In this document: positions 46,590-55,757 of the stretch, piece by piece
Layout of the letters: every line of letters begins with the position of its first letter
Numbering within the stretch: position 1 is the stretch's first letter
DNA from: Bacteroidota bacterium
GTDB lineage: Bacteria > Bacteroidota > Bacteroidia > Bacteroidales > VadinHA17
DNA length: 64,000 nucleotides
Direction: 5' to 3'
NCBI GenBank assembly: GCA_011050615.1
Contig: DRFJ01000048.1
Coordinates: 1,216 to 65,215, forward strand
Position numbers and translations under genes: made by a program
The notes under the pieces: model-generated
What the model was told of the DNA's origin: nothing
Database searches by the model: none
Seen by the model: only the letters and a program-made list of their open reading frames with translations

Positions 46590-48377
46590 ATGAATAATAT
46601 ACGGAATTTCTGTATTATAGCTCATATCGATCATGGTAAAAGCACTCTTGCAGACAGGTTGCTTGAGGAAACTGACACCCTGAGTGAAAGAGAAAGGAAA
46701 GACCAGGTTCTTGACAATATGGAACTGGAGAGGGAAAGGGGCATAACCATAAAGAGTCATGCCATACAGATGAGGTATGTTTACAGGGGATCCGAGTATA
46801 TACTTAACCTTATTGACACTCCCGGGCATGTTGATTTCTCCTATGAAGTCTCAAGATCAATAGCGGCGTGTGAAGGAGCGTTGCTGGTTGTTGATGCTAC
46901 ACAGGGGATACAGGCACAAACGATATCAAATCTGTATATGGCTGTCGACCATAATCTCGAAGTGATACCCGTACTGAACAAAATGGACATGGCAAGTGCT
47001 ATGCCTGATGAGGTTAAAGACCAGATAGTAGATCTTCTGGGCTGCAGCAGGGATGATATCATAGAAGCAAGTGCTAAAACAGGTACGGGTGTTGAAGCCA
47101 TACTTGAAAGGATAGTAACTTCCATACCTGCACCGGAAGGAGATCCTGATGCGCCACTGCAGGCACTGATCTTTGATTCGGTATTTAATTCCTTCAGGGG
47201 AATTATAGCATATTTTAAAATAGTAAACGGAAGCCTGAAAACAGGTGACCTTGTTAAATTTTTTAATACAGGCAAAAAATACAATGCAGATGAAATAGGT
47301 GTGCTTAAAATAAAGCAGGAAGCCCGGGAGTATTTAAGTGCCGGTAATGTAGGATATATTATTTCAGGGATAAAAGAATCAAGGGAAGTCAAAGTAGGTG
47401 ATACCATTACTCATTATGACAAACCATGCGAGAAAGGGATTGCCGGCTTTGAGATTGTGAAACCTATGGTATTTGCCGGAATATATCCTGTTGATGCTGA
47501 TGATTATGAGGACCTGCGTTCGTCTATTGAAAAACTTCAGTTGAACGATGCCTCACTTTCTTTTATTCCTGAATCATCAGCAGCCCTGGGCTTTGGGTTC
47601 AGATGCGGATTCCTGGGGCTTCTGCATATGGAGATAATACAGGAAAGACTCGACAGGGAATTCGACATGGATGTTATCACCACCGTTCCCAATGTATCCT
47701 ATAATGTTTATACCACATCAGGTGAGATGATTGAGGTACATAATCCATCGGGCCTGCCTTCCGTCACACATATTGACAGGATTGAAGAACCATATATAAT
47801 TGCCCAGATAATTACAAAGTCCGAATTCGTGGGGAATATAATGACATTGTGCATTGATAAGCGGGGAACTTTCAAAAACCAGGTCTACCTTACGAGTGAC
47901 AGGGTGGAGATTACTTTTGAACTCCCACTTGCCGAAATAGTATTTGATTTTTATGATAAGTTAAAGAGCCTTTCCCGTGGTTATGCTTCTTTTGATTATC
48001 ACTACTCATCCTACCGCAAGGCCGACCTTGTCAGGCTTGATATCCTGCTTAACGGTGAAATGGTAGATGCTCTTTCAACCCTTATCTTCAGGGGACATTC
48101 GTATGACTTTGGACGGAGGATGTGTGTTAAACTGAAGGAACTGATACCAAGGCAGCAATTTGACATAGCCATTCAGGCAGCCATCGGGGCAAAAATAATA
48201 GCCCGTGAGACCGTAAAGGCTGTCAGGAAAGATGTTACGGCAAAATGCTATGGAGGGGATATTACGCGAAAAAGAAAACTCCTTGAAAAACAAAAGAAAG
48301 GGAAGAAGCGTATGAGACAGGTTGGTAATGTTGAAATACCACAGCAGGCTTTCCTGGCGGTTCTTAAGATGGATTGA
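46590..48377 (+). CDS. lepA: Translation elongation factor 4 (LepA)
   Basis: Start taken at [23 protein letters not shown], the canonical LepA N-terminus. G-domain motifs DTPGH and NKMD, and the LepA-specific C-terminal domain. Confidence 0.95.
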   Translation: MNNIRNFCIIAHIDHGKSTLADRLLEETDTLSERERKDQVLDNMELERERGITIKSHAIQMRYVYRGSEYILNLIDTPGHVDFSYEVSRSIAACEGALLVVDATQGIQAQTISNLYMAVDHNLEVIPVLNKMDMASAMPDEVKDQIVDLLGCSRDDIIEASAKTGTGVEAILERIVTSIPAPEGDPDAPLQALIFDSVFNSFRGIIAYFKIVNGSLKTGDLVKFFNTGKKYNADEIGVLKIKQEAREYLSAGNVGYIISGIKESREVKVGDTITHYDKPCEKGIAGFEIVKPMVFAGIYPVDADDYEDLRSSIEKLQLNDASLSFIPESSAALGFGFRCGFLGLLHMEIIQERLDREFDMDVITTVPNVSYNVYTTSGEMIEVHNPSGLPSVTHIDRIEEPYIIAQIITKSEFVGNIMTLCIDKRGTFKNQVYLTSDRVEITFELPLAEIVFDFYDKLKSLSRGYASFDYHYSSYRKADLVRLDILLNGEMVDALSTLIFRGHSYDFGRRMCVKLKELIPRQQFDIAIQAAIGAKIIARETVKAVRKDVTAKCYGGDITRKRKLLEKQKKGKKRMRQVGNVEIPQQAFLAVLKMD

Positions 48378-48388
48378 TGCTTTGATAT

Positions 48389-49069
48389 CTATTCGCACAG
48401 AAGCCTGTAGCCCTTCCCGTGAACATTAAGTATTGTTATTGAAGGGTCAGTTTTAAGATACTTCCTGAGCTTGGTAATGTATACATCCATGCTCCGTGCA
48501 TTGAAATAATTGTCATCTACCCATATTGTACGCAATGCATAATTCCTTTCAAGCACCTCGTTCTTGTTATGACAAAGCAACTTAAGTAATTCTGACTCTT
48601 TCGTTGTCAGCTTCTGGGAGCCTTCATCAGAATCAAGTATCTGTGTACGTGGATAGAAAGTGAATTTTCCAAGTTTAAATTCATCAGGCTCTTCATCTGT
48701 AAATGACTTCGTTCTTCTCAGGATGGCTTCTATTCTGTATAAGAGCTCCTCCATGGAGAAGGGTTTTGTAATATAATCGTCGGCGCCTGCTGAAAATCCC
48801 TCTATTTTATCCTTTTCCAATGACTTGGCTGTCAGAAAGATGAATGGAACGTCCTTTTCAATTTTCCTTATCTTCTTTGCAAGACTTATTCCATCAAGTT
48901 CCGGCAGCATGATATCGAGCAGGCACAGATCGAAAGTCTCTGTTCTGAAAGTGTCAAGCGCCTTCTGACCGCCGGTCAGATGTACTACCCTGTAGTTTTT
49001 TGCTTCCAGATAATCGGTGAGCAGTGTTCCAAGATTAGAATCATCTTCAGCCAATAAAATTTTTGCCAT
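48389..49069 (-). CDS. OmpR/PhoB-type response regulator
   Basis: 226 aa. Receiver (ILLAEDD...DIMLPELDG...LTAK) plus a winged-helix output domain (...VHGKGYRL). Confidence 0.9.
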   Translation of the reverse strand: MAKILLAEDDSNLGTLLTDYLEAKNYRVVHLTGGQKALDTFRTETFDLCLLDIMLPELDGISLAKKIRKIEKDVPFIFLTAKSLEKDKIEGFSAGADDYITKPFSMEELLYRIEAILRRTKSFTDEEPDEFKLGKFTFYPRTQILDSDEGSQKLTTKESELLKLLCHNKNEVLERNYALRTIWVDDNYFNARSMDVYITKLRKYLKTDPSITILNVHGKGYRLLCE

Positions 49070-49071
49070 GG

Positions 49072-50619
49072 TCAGTTGTTTTTAGGGAAACTGATATCAA
49101 ACCGTGTTCCCTTGTTAATCTGGCTATGAACGGCGATGTTGCCATTATGTTCCTCAATTATTTTTTTAACGTAGCTCAGCCCCAGTCCAAAGCCCTTAAC
49201 ATTATGAATATTCCCGGTGGGAACCCTGTAAAATTTATCAAAAATTCTTTTTAAGTCATCTTTTTTTATTCCGATGCCATTATCCAGGATTGAAACCGTG
49301 AGTTGCTTCTCGTCATCGGTTGTTATAATCTTAATCTCAGGATTGCCATTTGAATATTTTATTGCATTATCAAGGAGGTTGGATATCATGTTAAAAACGT
49401 GTGTTTCATCTATTTTAAGGTGAGGTTCTGCTGCATTTAGTTCCCTGATGAGTACACCTTCGGTAGCGGAAATCTGTAAGCTGAAATTATCAACTGCATT
49501 ATTTATAATGCGGTGTATGTCTGTGTCAATCATTTTCAACTTCATTGTTTCCCTGTCAAAGGCTGAGGCCTGCAGGACCTTCTCAACCTGGTATCTGAGC
49601 TTTAACGATTCATCATGAAGTATGCCGGCTATCTTGTCTAGGTTCTTCTTGTTTTGGGATATACTGGTGTCACCAATCATCTGTGAAGCGAGGGATATTG
49701 TAGATATGGGTGTTTTTAACTCATGGGTCATATTGTTTATAAAGTCATTCCTGATTTCTGATATCCTTTTCTGCCTCAGGATTGTTAAAATATTGCTTAC
49801 GGAGAAAACAATGAGGAAAAGAGTTACTATAATTGATGAAATGCCCATGAATCCAATCTGCCTGAACAAATAGTTCTTTTCTTTCGGGAAGTAAAGGTAA
49901 ATCATATTCCGCCCCGGGACAGGGTCATTGGGAAATAATTGCCTGATATATTTATTTGCATCCGATCCCATATTAAAGCCGTCACTGCTGTAAACCGGAT
50001 TTCCTGAGGATGTAATTGCAAATTCATAGTCAAGTGATATTCCAAGCCTTCCGAGCATCTGGTCAATCTGGTCATTTACCCTCTCAGGATTAACACGCTC
50101 CGACAGTTCCGGAGTATCGGCTATTATTTTTTCCATAATACTTTCAAGCAATACCGTTTTGTTTGTTATCCTGTCATTGATGCCTGCCCTGAGACTTTGT
50201 GATGATAGTTCGGGTATCTCTTCCTCGGGATAAAAAAATTCATCATCCGAGTAAAAGAGTATTTTCTGACCTTCCCTGCTTATTGTCAGGGAGGCAATTA
50301 CATCATCATGATCTTCAAGGAGGGGTATGTTCGATTCAGACCTGTAACCACGCAACTGCCGTGCGAGGGCCGACCTGGAAGGTACGATGGCAACAACTGA
50401 ATCGACCAGGGGCATATCAATCTCCTCAACAATCCTCTCAATTGTTTCCTGCTGTTCCATGTCAAGCACTACAGCATTCAGTGCATTGTTAACATATACC
50501 CTGAACTGCTGGTTTTTTACTTCTATCGAATTGTTTATCCAGTATATCTGAATCAGTATCAGCCCTGACAAAACCATAGAGAAAATAACAGCAAGTATTA
50601 TAATGGTCTTCTTCTTCAT
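49072..50619 (-). CDS. Sensor histidine kinase
   Basis: 515 aa. Two TM helices flank a periplasmic domain. H-box NMTHELKTP, N-box LLDNAIKYS, G1 DNGIGI, G2 GFGLGLS. Its stop lies 2 nt from the regulator start. Confidence 0.9.
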   Translation of the reverse strand: MKKKTIIILAVIFSMVLSGLILIQIYWINNSIEVKNQQFRVYVNNALNAVVLDMEQQETIERIVEEIDMPLVDSVVAIVPSRSALARQLRGYRSESNIPLLEDHDDVIASLTISREGQKILFYSDDEFFYPEEEIPELSSQSLRAGINDRITNKTVLLESIMEKIIADTPELSERVNPERVNDQIDQMLGRLGISLDYEFAITSSGNPVYSSDGFNMGSDANKYIRQLFPNDPVPGRNMIYLYFPKEKNYLFRQIGFMGISSIIVTLFLIVFSVSNILTILRQKRISEIRNDFINNMTHELKTPISTISLASQMIGDTSISQNKKNLDKIAGILHDESLKLRYQVEKVLQASAFDRETMKLKMIDTDIHRIINNAVDNFSLQISATEGVLIRELNAAEPHLKIDETHVFNMISNLLDNAIKYSNGNPEIKIITTDDEKQLTVSILDNGIGIKKDDLKRIFDKFYRVPTGNIHNVKGFGLGLSYVKKIIEEHNGNIAVHSQINKGTRFDISFPKNN

Positions 50620-50673
50620 CTGTTATCTGTCTACCCTCCGGTTCCTCACTGTTTTTCAGTGAATATTTTAATA

Positions 50674-50681
50674 CAAAAGTA
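50674..50681 (-). promoter_or_regulatory. Candidate -7 promoter element (TAnnTTTG) for the kinase-regulator operon
   Basis: Minus strand reads TACTTTTG, about 55 nt upstream of the kinase ATG at 50619. Confidence 0.3.
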
Positions 50682-50810
50682 TTTCATCAAATTAACATTA
50701 AGAGCTTTTTAACTTAATTTAACGTCATTTTAGGATTTTTATGAAACAGTTCAATGCCAATGGTACACCTTTTGTTCAATATAATCAAAAGATCTCATGA
50801 TGCTCATGAT

Positions 50811-50825
50811 TGGCACGATATTTGA
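50811..50825 (+). promoter_or_regulatory. Sigma-54-like -24/-12 motif (weak -12)
   Basis: TGGCACG-ATAT-TTGA compared with the consensus TGGCACG-N4-TTGC(A/T). The -24 half is perfect; the -12 half has A instead of C. Confidence 0.2.
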
Positions 50826-50844
50826 TTTGTTTTTAGTGAGGTTT

Positions 50845-50998
50845 TTTTCATAGGTTAGGTTAGTTGGTTTTTGGGTTAAGAAGGTTATGGAGGTGAGCCA
50901 TCACCTCCATTCTTAACAAAAACCAGAGGTACACTTTTCATAACTTAGGTTTTAGGGTTAGTTAAGAATGAGCGGATAATTGCTATTCGCTCATTCTT
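50845..50998 (+). ncRNA. Tandem approximately 90-nt repeat, each unit ending in a strong hairpin; candidate small RNA
   Basis: Unit 1 starts at 50845 and unit 2 at 50935. Both begin TTTTCATA..TTAGGTT...GTTAAGAA. Hairpin 1 (50875-50917) has two 8-bp stems; hairpin 2 (50964-50998) has an 11-bp stem followed by TATT on the plus strand. There is no ORF. Confidence 0.3.
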
Positions 50999-51028
50999 TA
51001 TTGAGGTATTAAGCCTGGGATCTTCCAT

Positions 51029-51466
51029 TTACGGCATAATTTGAAGAACAGAATTATCTATTTGAGTGTCTTTATCGAGTTTAAAGACTCCTGTTATCTC
51101 CTTTATTTGCCTTATCTGACTTATGATCTTATCGGTGCTCAGGGCAGGGTTCAAGCCTTTAATTCTTAAAATATAATCAATTGAAGGAATTCTGGGAATA
51201 AGTTTGTCATTACCTGAGTCGTTACTTATCAGCTCGTACGAGGTTTCACTGTAACCTGATTCCGAAGTAAATCTTGAAAAGCTGCTTTCTCTCTTATTAA
51301 GGGCTTTGGTAACAGGTGTGCTGCTTTTGAAATTCAGCCTCAATTCCTTATTCAGAAGCAGTGACACCCTGTAATCGGCTTCAGCTGATGCCAGCCCCAG
51401 ATACAGATCAGAATCATGATCTTTAACACTCAGCTTATGTCTGATCTTTTTTTGTGGAGTTTTCAT
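51029..51466 (-). CDS. IPExxxVDY-family-like small protein
   Basis: 145 aa. Contains IPRIPSIDY, which fits the IP-x-xxx-(V/I)DY signature I recall for a Bacteroidota family usually found next to rnc. Recognition-level. Confidence 0.5.
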   Translation of the reverse strand: MKTPQKKIRHKLSVKDHDSDLYLGLASAEADYRVSLLLNKELRLNFKSSTPVTKALNKRESSFSRFTSESGYSETSYELISNDSGNDKLIPRIPSIDYILRIKGLNPALSTDKIISQIRQIKEITGVFKLDKDTQIDNSVLQIMP

Positions 51467-51508
51467 CTTATGGCTTAATTGCCACTTAAAGGTAGTAAAA
51501 ATTTGGAT

Positions 51509-52255
51509 TTAAATAAGAGGACCTGCATGATTGATTTTTGTCAGCGCCCGGAGCGAAGCCTTTTGTTCGGCTTCTTTTTTTGAAGAGCCGGTTCCTTTTC
51601 CGAAAACTTCATGATCAATGCTTAACACGGTGGTGAAGACATATTTTTTGTCATTGAAATCATAATCTTCATTGTAATTGAAACTGATCTGCCTCTTCAT
51701 TTTTTGAGCCCACTGGAAGACCTGGCTTTTGTAATCGGTTTCAGTGTTAATTACACTGTTAAGATCAATATGGTCGGATAATATATGTTTGATGACGAAC
51801 TTTTTTGTGTTTGAGTATCCTTTATCTATGAACAGAGCTCCGATAAGGGCCTCCAGGGCATCTCCATATATATTTTTTGATGTAGGGTTATTTTTTACCT
51901 GGCTTATTAACAGCTTGTCGAGCTTCATTGAAAGGGCAAGTTTATTAAGGGTACTCCTGTTAGCCAGTCTCGATCTCAGCTTGGTAAGCTCACCTTCGGG
52001 GGCTTCAGGGTAAAATCTGAAAAGATATTCGGACAGGACAGTGTCAAGAACTGCATCACCAAGGTATTCAAGGCGTTCATTATTAATATTCCCACCTCCT
52101 GGTATTTCGAAGGTTGCAGAACGATGAATCAGGGCAATTTCATAAATGCCGGGTCTTGAGGGTTTGAATCCGAGTATTCTTTTGAGGTCAGACCGGAAGG
52201 CCTTTTTATCAAGGATTATTGTGTTCTTCCTGGTTATCCTTTGATTTCCTGACAC
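51509..52255 (-). CDS. rnc: Ribonuclease III
   Basis: 248 aa. Signature ERLEYLGDAVLD plus a C-terminal dsRBD (GKGTGSSKKEAEQKAS). Confidence 0.92.
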   Translation of the reverse strand: MSGNQRITRKNTIILDKKAFRSDLKRILGFKPSRPGIYEIALIHRSATFEIPGGGNINNERLEYLGDAVLDTVLSEYLFRFYPEAPEGELTKLRSRLANRSTLNKLALSMKLDKLLISQVKNNPTSKNIYGDALEALIGALFIDKGYSNTKKFVIKHILSDHIDLNSVINTETDYKSQVFQWAQKMKRQISFNYNEDYDFNDKKYVFTTVLSIDHEVFGKGTGSSKKEAEQKASLRALTKINHAGPLI

Positions 52256-52263
52256 AACGCTTA

Positions 52264-53505
52264 TCAGATTTTCTTGATAATAATTGAAGCATTATGTCCC
52301 CCGAAGCCAAAGGTATTGCTGATAGCACTTGTTATTTCCCTTTCCTGCGCACTGTTTACGGTAAGGTTCAGTTTCTGATCAATATTTGGATCAGGAGTGC
52401 TTTGGTTTATGGTGGGCGGAACAATGTTATTTTGCATTGCCAGGATGGCGGCAATAGCCTCAATTGCCCCGGCAGCTCCCAGCAGGTGCCCTGTCATCGA
52501 TTTGGTGGCGCTGATATTCATTTTATATGCATGCTCACCAAAAAGGTTGACTATGGCCCTTGTTTCCGAAATATCACCCAGGGGTGTTGCAGTACCATGC
52601 ACGTTTATATAGTCAATATCTTTCTTCCTGAGGCCTGATTCTTCAAGGGCAATTTTCATCACTTTATACGCTCCAATACCTTCCGGATGAGGAGCTGTGA
52701 TATGGTATGCGTCTGCGGTCATTCCCGTACCGCAAATTTCACAATATATTTTTGCTCCGCGGGCTTTTGCATGTTCATAGTCTTCAAGAATGAGAGCCCC
52801 TCCACCTTCACCCATTACGAAACCATCACGGTTAAGATCCATAGGCCTTGAGGCGTTTTTATACTCTTCATTATTTGTTGACATGGCCTGCATCGAGTTG
52901 AAACCACCTATGCCGGCCTGTGTGATGGCAGCTTCAGAGCCCCCGGTAATAAAGAGTTTTGCCTTACCCAGTTTTATCAGGTTGAAGGCATCAATAATGG
53001 CATGGGTTGATGAGGCACATGCTGATACGGTACCATAATTAGGACCCTGGAATCCATACTTTATGGATATGTGGCCCGCAGCAATATCAGAAATCATCTT
53101 GGGAATAAAAAAGGGACTGAAACGGGGAACCCCGTCCCCCGTAACAAACCCTGCAATTTCATTAAGAAAGGTTTCTATTCCTCCAATACCTGAAGCCCAT
53201 ATTACCCCGGCCTGATCCTTATCTATTTTTTCGTGACCGAGGCCGGAATCATTCATTGCTTCGGCAACGGAAATAAGAGCATACTGGGCATAAACATCCA
53301 GCTTACGTGACTCTTTACGGTCAAAATAATCGACAGAGTTATAGTTTTTGATCTCACAGGCAAACCTTGTCTTGAACTTTTCAGCGTCAAAACGGGTAAT
53401 CCAATCCGATCCGCTGGTCCCGGATTTCAAACCCGTCCAGTATTCCTCAATATTTTTCCCGATCGGAGTTATGGCTCCAATACCAGTAACTACAACCCTT
53501 TTCAT
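52264..53505 (-). CDS. fabF: Beta-ketoacyl-ACP synthase II
   Basis: Start taken at MKRVVVTGIG (ATG 53505); the ORF track start at 53532 adds nine atypical residues. Active-site ACASS, HGTATPLGD, and the GFGGHN C-terminal motif. Confidence 0.93.
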   Translation of the reverse strand: MKRVVVTGIGAITPIGKNIEEYWTGLKSGTSGSDWITRFDAEKFKTRFACEIKNYNSVDYFDRKESRKLDVYAQYALISVAEAMNDSGLGHEKIDKDQAGVIWASGIGGIETFLNEIAGFVTGDGVPRFSPFFIPKMISDIAAGHISIKYGFQGPNYGTVSACASSTHAIIDAFNLIKLGKAKLFITGGSEAAITQAGIGGFNSMQAMSTNNEEYKNASRPMDLNRDGFVMGEGGGALILEDYEHAKARGAKIYCEICGTGMTADAYHITAPHPEGIGAYKVMKIALEESGLRKKDIDYINVHGTATPLGDISETRAIVNLFGEHAYKMNISATKSMTGHLLGAAGAIEAIAAILAMQNNIVPPTINQSTPDPNIDQKLNLTVNSAQEREITSAISNTFGFGGHNASIIIKKI

Positions 53506-53534
53506 GTGTTCTTGATTTCTCTGGTTATGCAATC

Positions 53535-53771
53535 TTATTTTGCATTTTCCTCGATGTACTTAATGGCTTCACCAACAGTGCTGATGTTTTCTGCCTGATC
53601 ATCAGGAATTCCCATATTGAATTCCTTTTCAAATTCCATGATAAGCTCAACAGTGTCAAGAGAATCAGCACCCAGATCGTTAGTAAAACTAGCTTCAGGG
53701 GTCACCTCAGATTCGTCAACTCCTAACTTGTCAACGATGATCTCTTTTACTTTTGCTGCAATATCAGACAT
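53535..53771 (-). CDS. acpP: Acyl carrier protein
   Basis: 78 aa. Phosphopantetheine site [17 protein letters not shown]. Confidence 0.95.
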   Translation of the reverse strand: MSDIAAKVKEIIVDKLGVDESEVTPEASFTNDLGADSLDTVELIMEFEKEFNMGIPDDQAENISTVGEAIKYIEENAK

Positions 53772-53958
53772 AATCTCAAATTTTGGTTAATAATAATTAA
53801 TTTTAAAACCTTGCAAAGAAATATATTTGCGCAATATTATTCAAACAAATTTAGAAATATTTATTGGAAATATAATACATTTTATTGATATTCAAATAAA
53901 TATGTATATATTTTATTGATGGGTTCATAAGCCGAACTGTTTTAGTAAAAGCCAGATA

Positions 53959-54546
53959 ATGAAAAACATAGCTATTTTCGCCTCGGGTTCCGGGACCAAT
54001 GCTCAAAAGCTTATTGAATATTTTTCGACCAGTAAAACGGCAAAAGTTAAACTAATACTGTCGAATAAGGCTGATGCATTTGTATTAGAACGGGCTAGGA
54101 AGTACTCTATACCTGCCAGGGTTTTCGACCGGGATGATTTATATGAAAACGGGGAAGTGTTGAAAGTATTACTTGAAAATGATATATTTTTCATTGTCCT
54201 TGCCGGGTTTCTATGGCTGGTTCCCGGGGAAATACTTAATCATTACCCCCGCAGGGTGGTGAATATTCACCCGGCTCTGCTTCCGGATTACGGTGGAAAA
54301 GGGATGTATGGCAGCAGGGTACACAGGGCCGTTATTCAAAATAAAGAGAAAGAATCCGGGATAAGCATTCATTACGTTAATTCCATGTATGACGAAGGCG
54401 ATATTATTTTCCAGGCAAAATGTGAAGTAAGGCCTGACGACAGCCCGGAATCACTTGCTGAAAGGATACACAGGCTTGAACATAAATACTACCCGGGGAT
54501 TGTTGAAGAACTGATAATTGAAGCTCAGAATGAATCCAGTAAGTGA
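53959..54546 (+). CDS. purN: Phosphoribosylglycinamide formyltransferase
   Basis: 195 aa. IAIFASGSGTNAQ, VLAGFLWLV, NIHPALLP. Confidence 0.9.
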   Translation: MKNIAIFASGSGTNAQKLIEYFSTSKTAKVKLILSNKADAFVLERARKYSIPARVFDRDDLYENGEVLKVLLENDIFFIVLAGFLWLVPGEILNHYPRRVVNIHPALLPDYGGKGMYGSRVHRAVIQNKEKESGISIHYVNSMYDEGDIIFQAKCEVRPDDSPESLAERIHRLEHKYYPGIVEELIIEAQNESSK

Positions 54547-55757
54547 ACCATCACCGTGCTGATCTTTTTAAATTTTTCCCTGTTCTCCATGGCTACAGGC
54601 TCCACAGGTGGTGCTTCTACCTTTAAAGGGTCTACAGGCTTTCCGTTCCTGTAAAACCTGAAATCAAGATGTGGACCTGTTGATAGTCCGGAGCTTCCAA
54701 CGTAACCGATTATATCACCCTGCTTTACATAATTACCTACACTTACACCTTTACCATAGCTGCTCAGGTGCATGTATGAAGTTGTATAAACGCTGTTATG
54801 CCTGATCTTTACTATCCGGCCTGACCCGCTCCGGGCTTCCTTCATTATAACCCTCCCGTCCCCGATGGCCATAACCGGAGTGCCCACAGGTGCTGCATAA
54901 TCAACACCATGATGTGGCCGGCGTACCCTCAGGATGGGATGCATCCTGCTGTTTGAGTACCTGCTGCTGATTCGTGAATATCGAAGTGGGGCTTTAAGAA
55001 AAGCCTTCCTCAGGCTGTTGCCTTCGAGGTCGTAATAGCTCTCATTCCCATCCTGTAAGAGTGGAATGGCATAAAACTGGTTCCCGGCATGTTCAAATAA
55101 GGCTGCGTAAATACGGTGTACTCCATTGGAAGTTGTGTCGATATATTCCTCTTCATATATAATTTTGAACCTGTCGCCTTTCTGCAAAGCAAAAAAATCA
55201 ACAGACCAGGCATAAATCTCCGATAACTTAACTGCAAGCAAGGGATGCAAACCATTGTCGAGCATTGCATTCCACAGGGATGTTTCTATTGTTCCCGAGG
55301 CATATTTAAGTTCAAGCCTTGACGTTCTTTCAATTTTCCTGATATGGGGTTCTTCCCTGAAGTCAAATATGAAATGATTACCAATATCATGTTCATAGAT
55401 CATGTAATCCAGACTATTAACAGTATCAGGTTTAATATAAAGCGTATACCTGTTACCTGCTTTGATTTTCCTTATGTCAAATACATCACCGGAGTTCTGC
55501 AACAGTTTTACAATATCATTATAGCTTATCTTATACTCGTCAAGGATTTCTCCAAGAAACTGATTATATCTTACCCGGGCTGTTACTACTTCATAAACTG
55601 TAGTATCTATACCATAAGCATCATACTTTTGTTCCGGTCTTTCTTCCCCGGGTACCGGTTTTTCTTCAACGGTGCTTATATTACCTGATGTTTCAGAGCA
55701 GCCATAGTGAATAATTGCAGAAAATAAAATAAGCATGCCGTAGTGCCACCTGTTCAT
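54525..55757 (-). CDS. M23-family peptidoglycan metalloendopeptidase
   Basis: 410 aa. [14 protein letters not shown] and [14 protein letters not shown] zinc-site motifs, with an N-terminal signal/anchor. Confidence 0.85.
   Translation of the reverse strand: MNRWHYGMLILFSAIIHYGCSETSGNISTVEEKPVPGEERPEQKYDAYGIDTTVYEVVTARVRYNQFLGEILDEYKISYNDIVKLLQNSGDVFDIRKIKAGNRYTLYIKPDTVNSLDYMIYEHDIGNHFIFDFREEPHIRKIERTSRLELKYASGTIETSLWNAMLDNGLHPLLAVKLSEIYAWSVDFFALQKGDRFKIIYEEEYIDTTSNGVHRIYAALFEHAGNQFYAIPLLQDGNESYYDLEGNSLRKAFLKAPLRYSRISSRYSNSRMHPILRVRRPHHGVDYAAPVGTPVMAIGDGRVIMKEARSGSGRIVKIRHNSVYTTSYMHLSSYGKGVSVGNYVKQGDIIGYVGSSGLSTGPHLDFRFYRNGKPVDPLKVEAPPVEPVAMENREKFKKISTVMVHLLDSF

Noticed and set aside
46841-47407. 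188-aa ORF antisense to lepA. The same applies to 55743-56381 (antisense to leuS), 58607-59137 (antisense to the radical SAM gene and overlapping the tRNA) and 44769-45841 (antisense to groEL).
   Set aside because: These are antisense shadows of universally conserved genes. The translations are low complexity.
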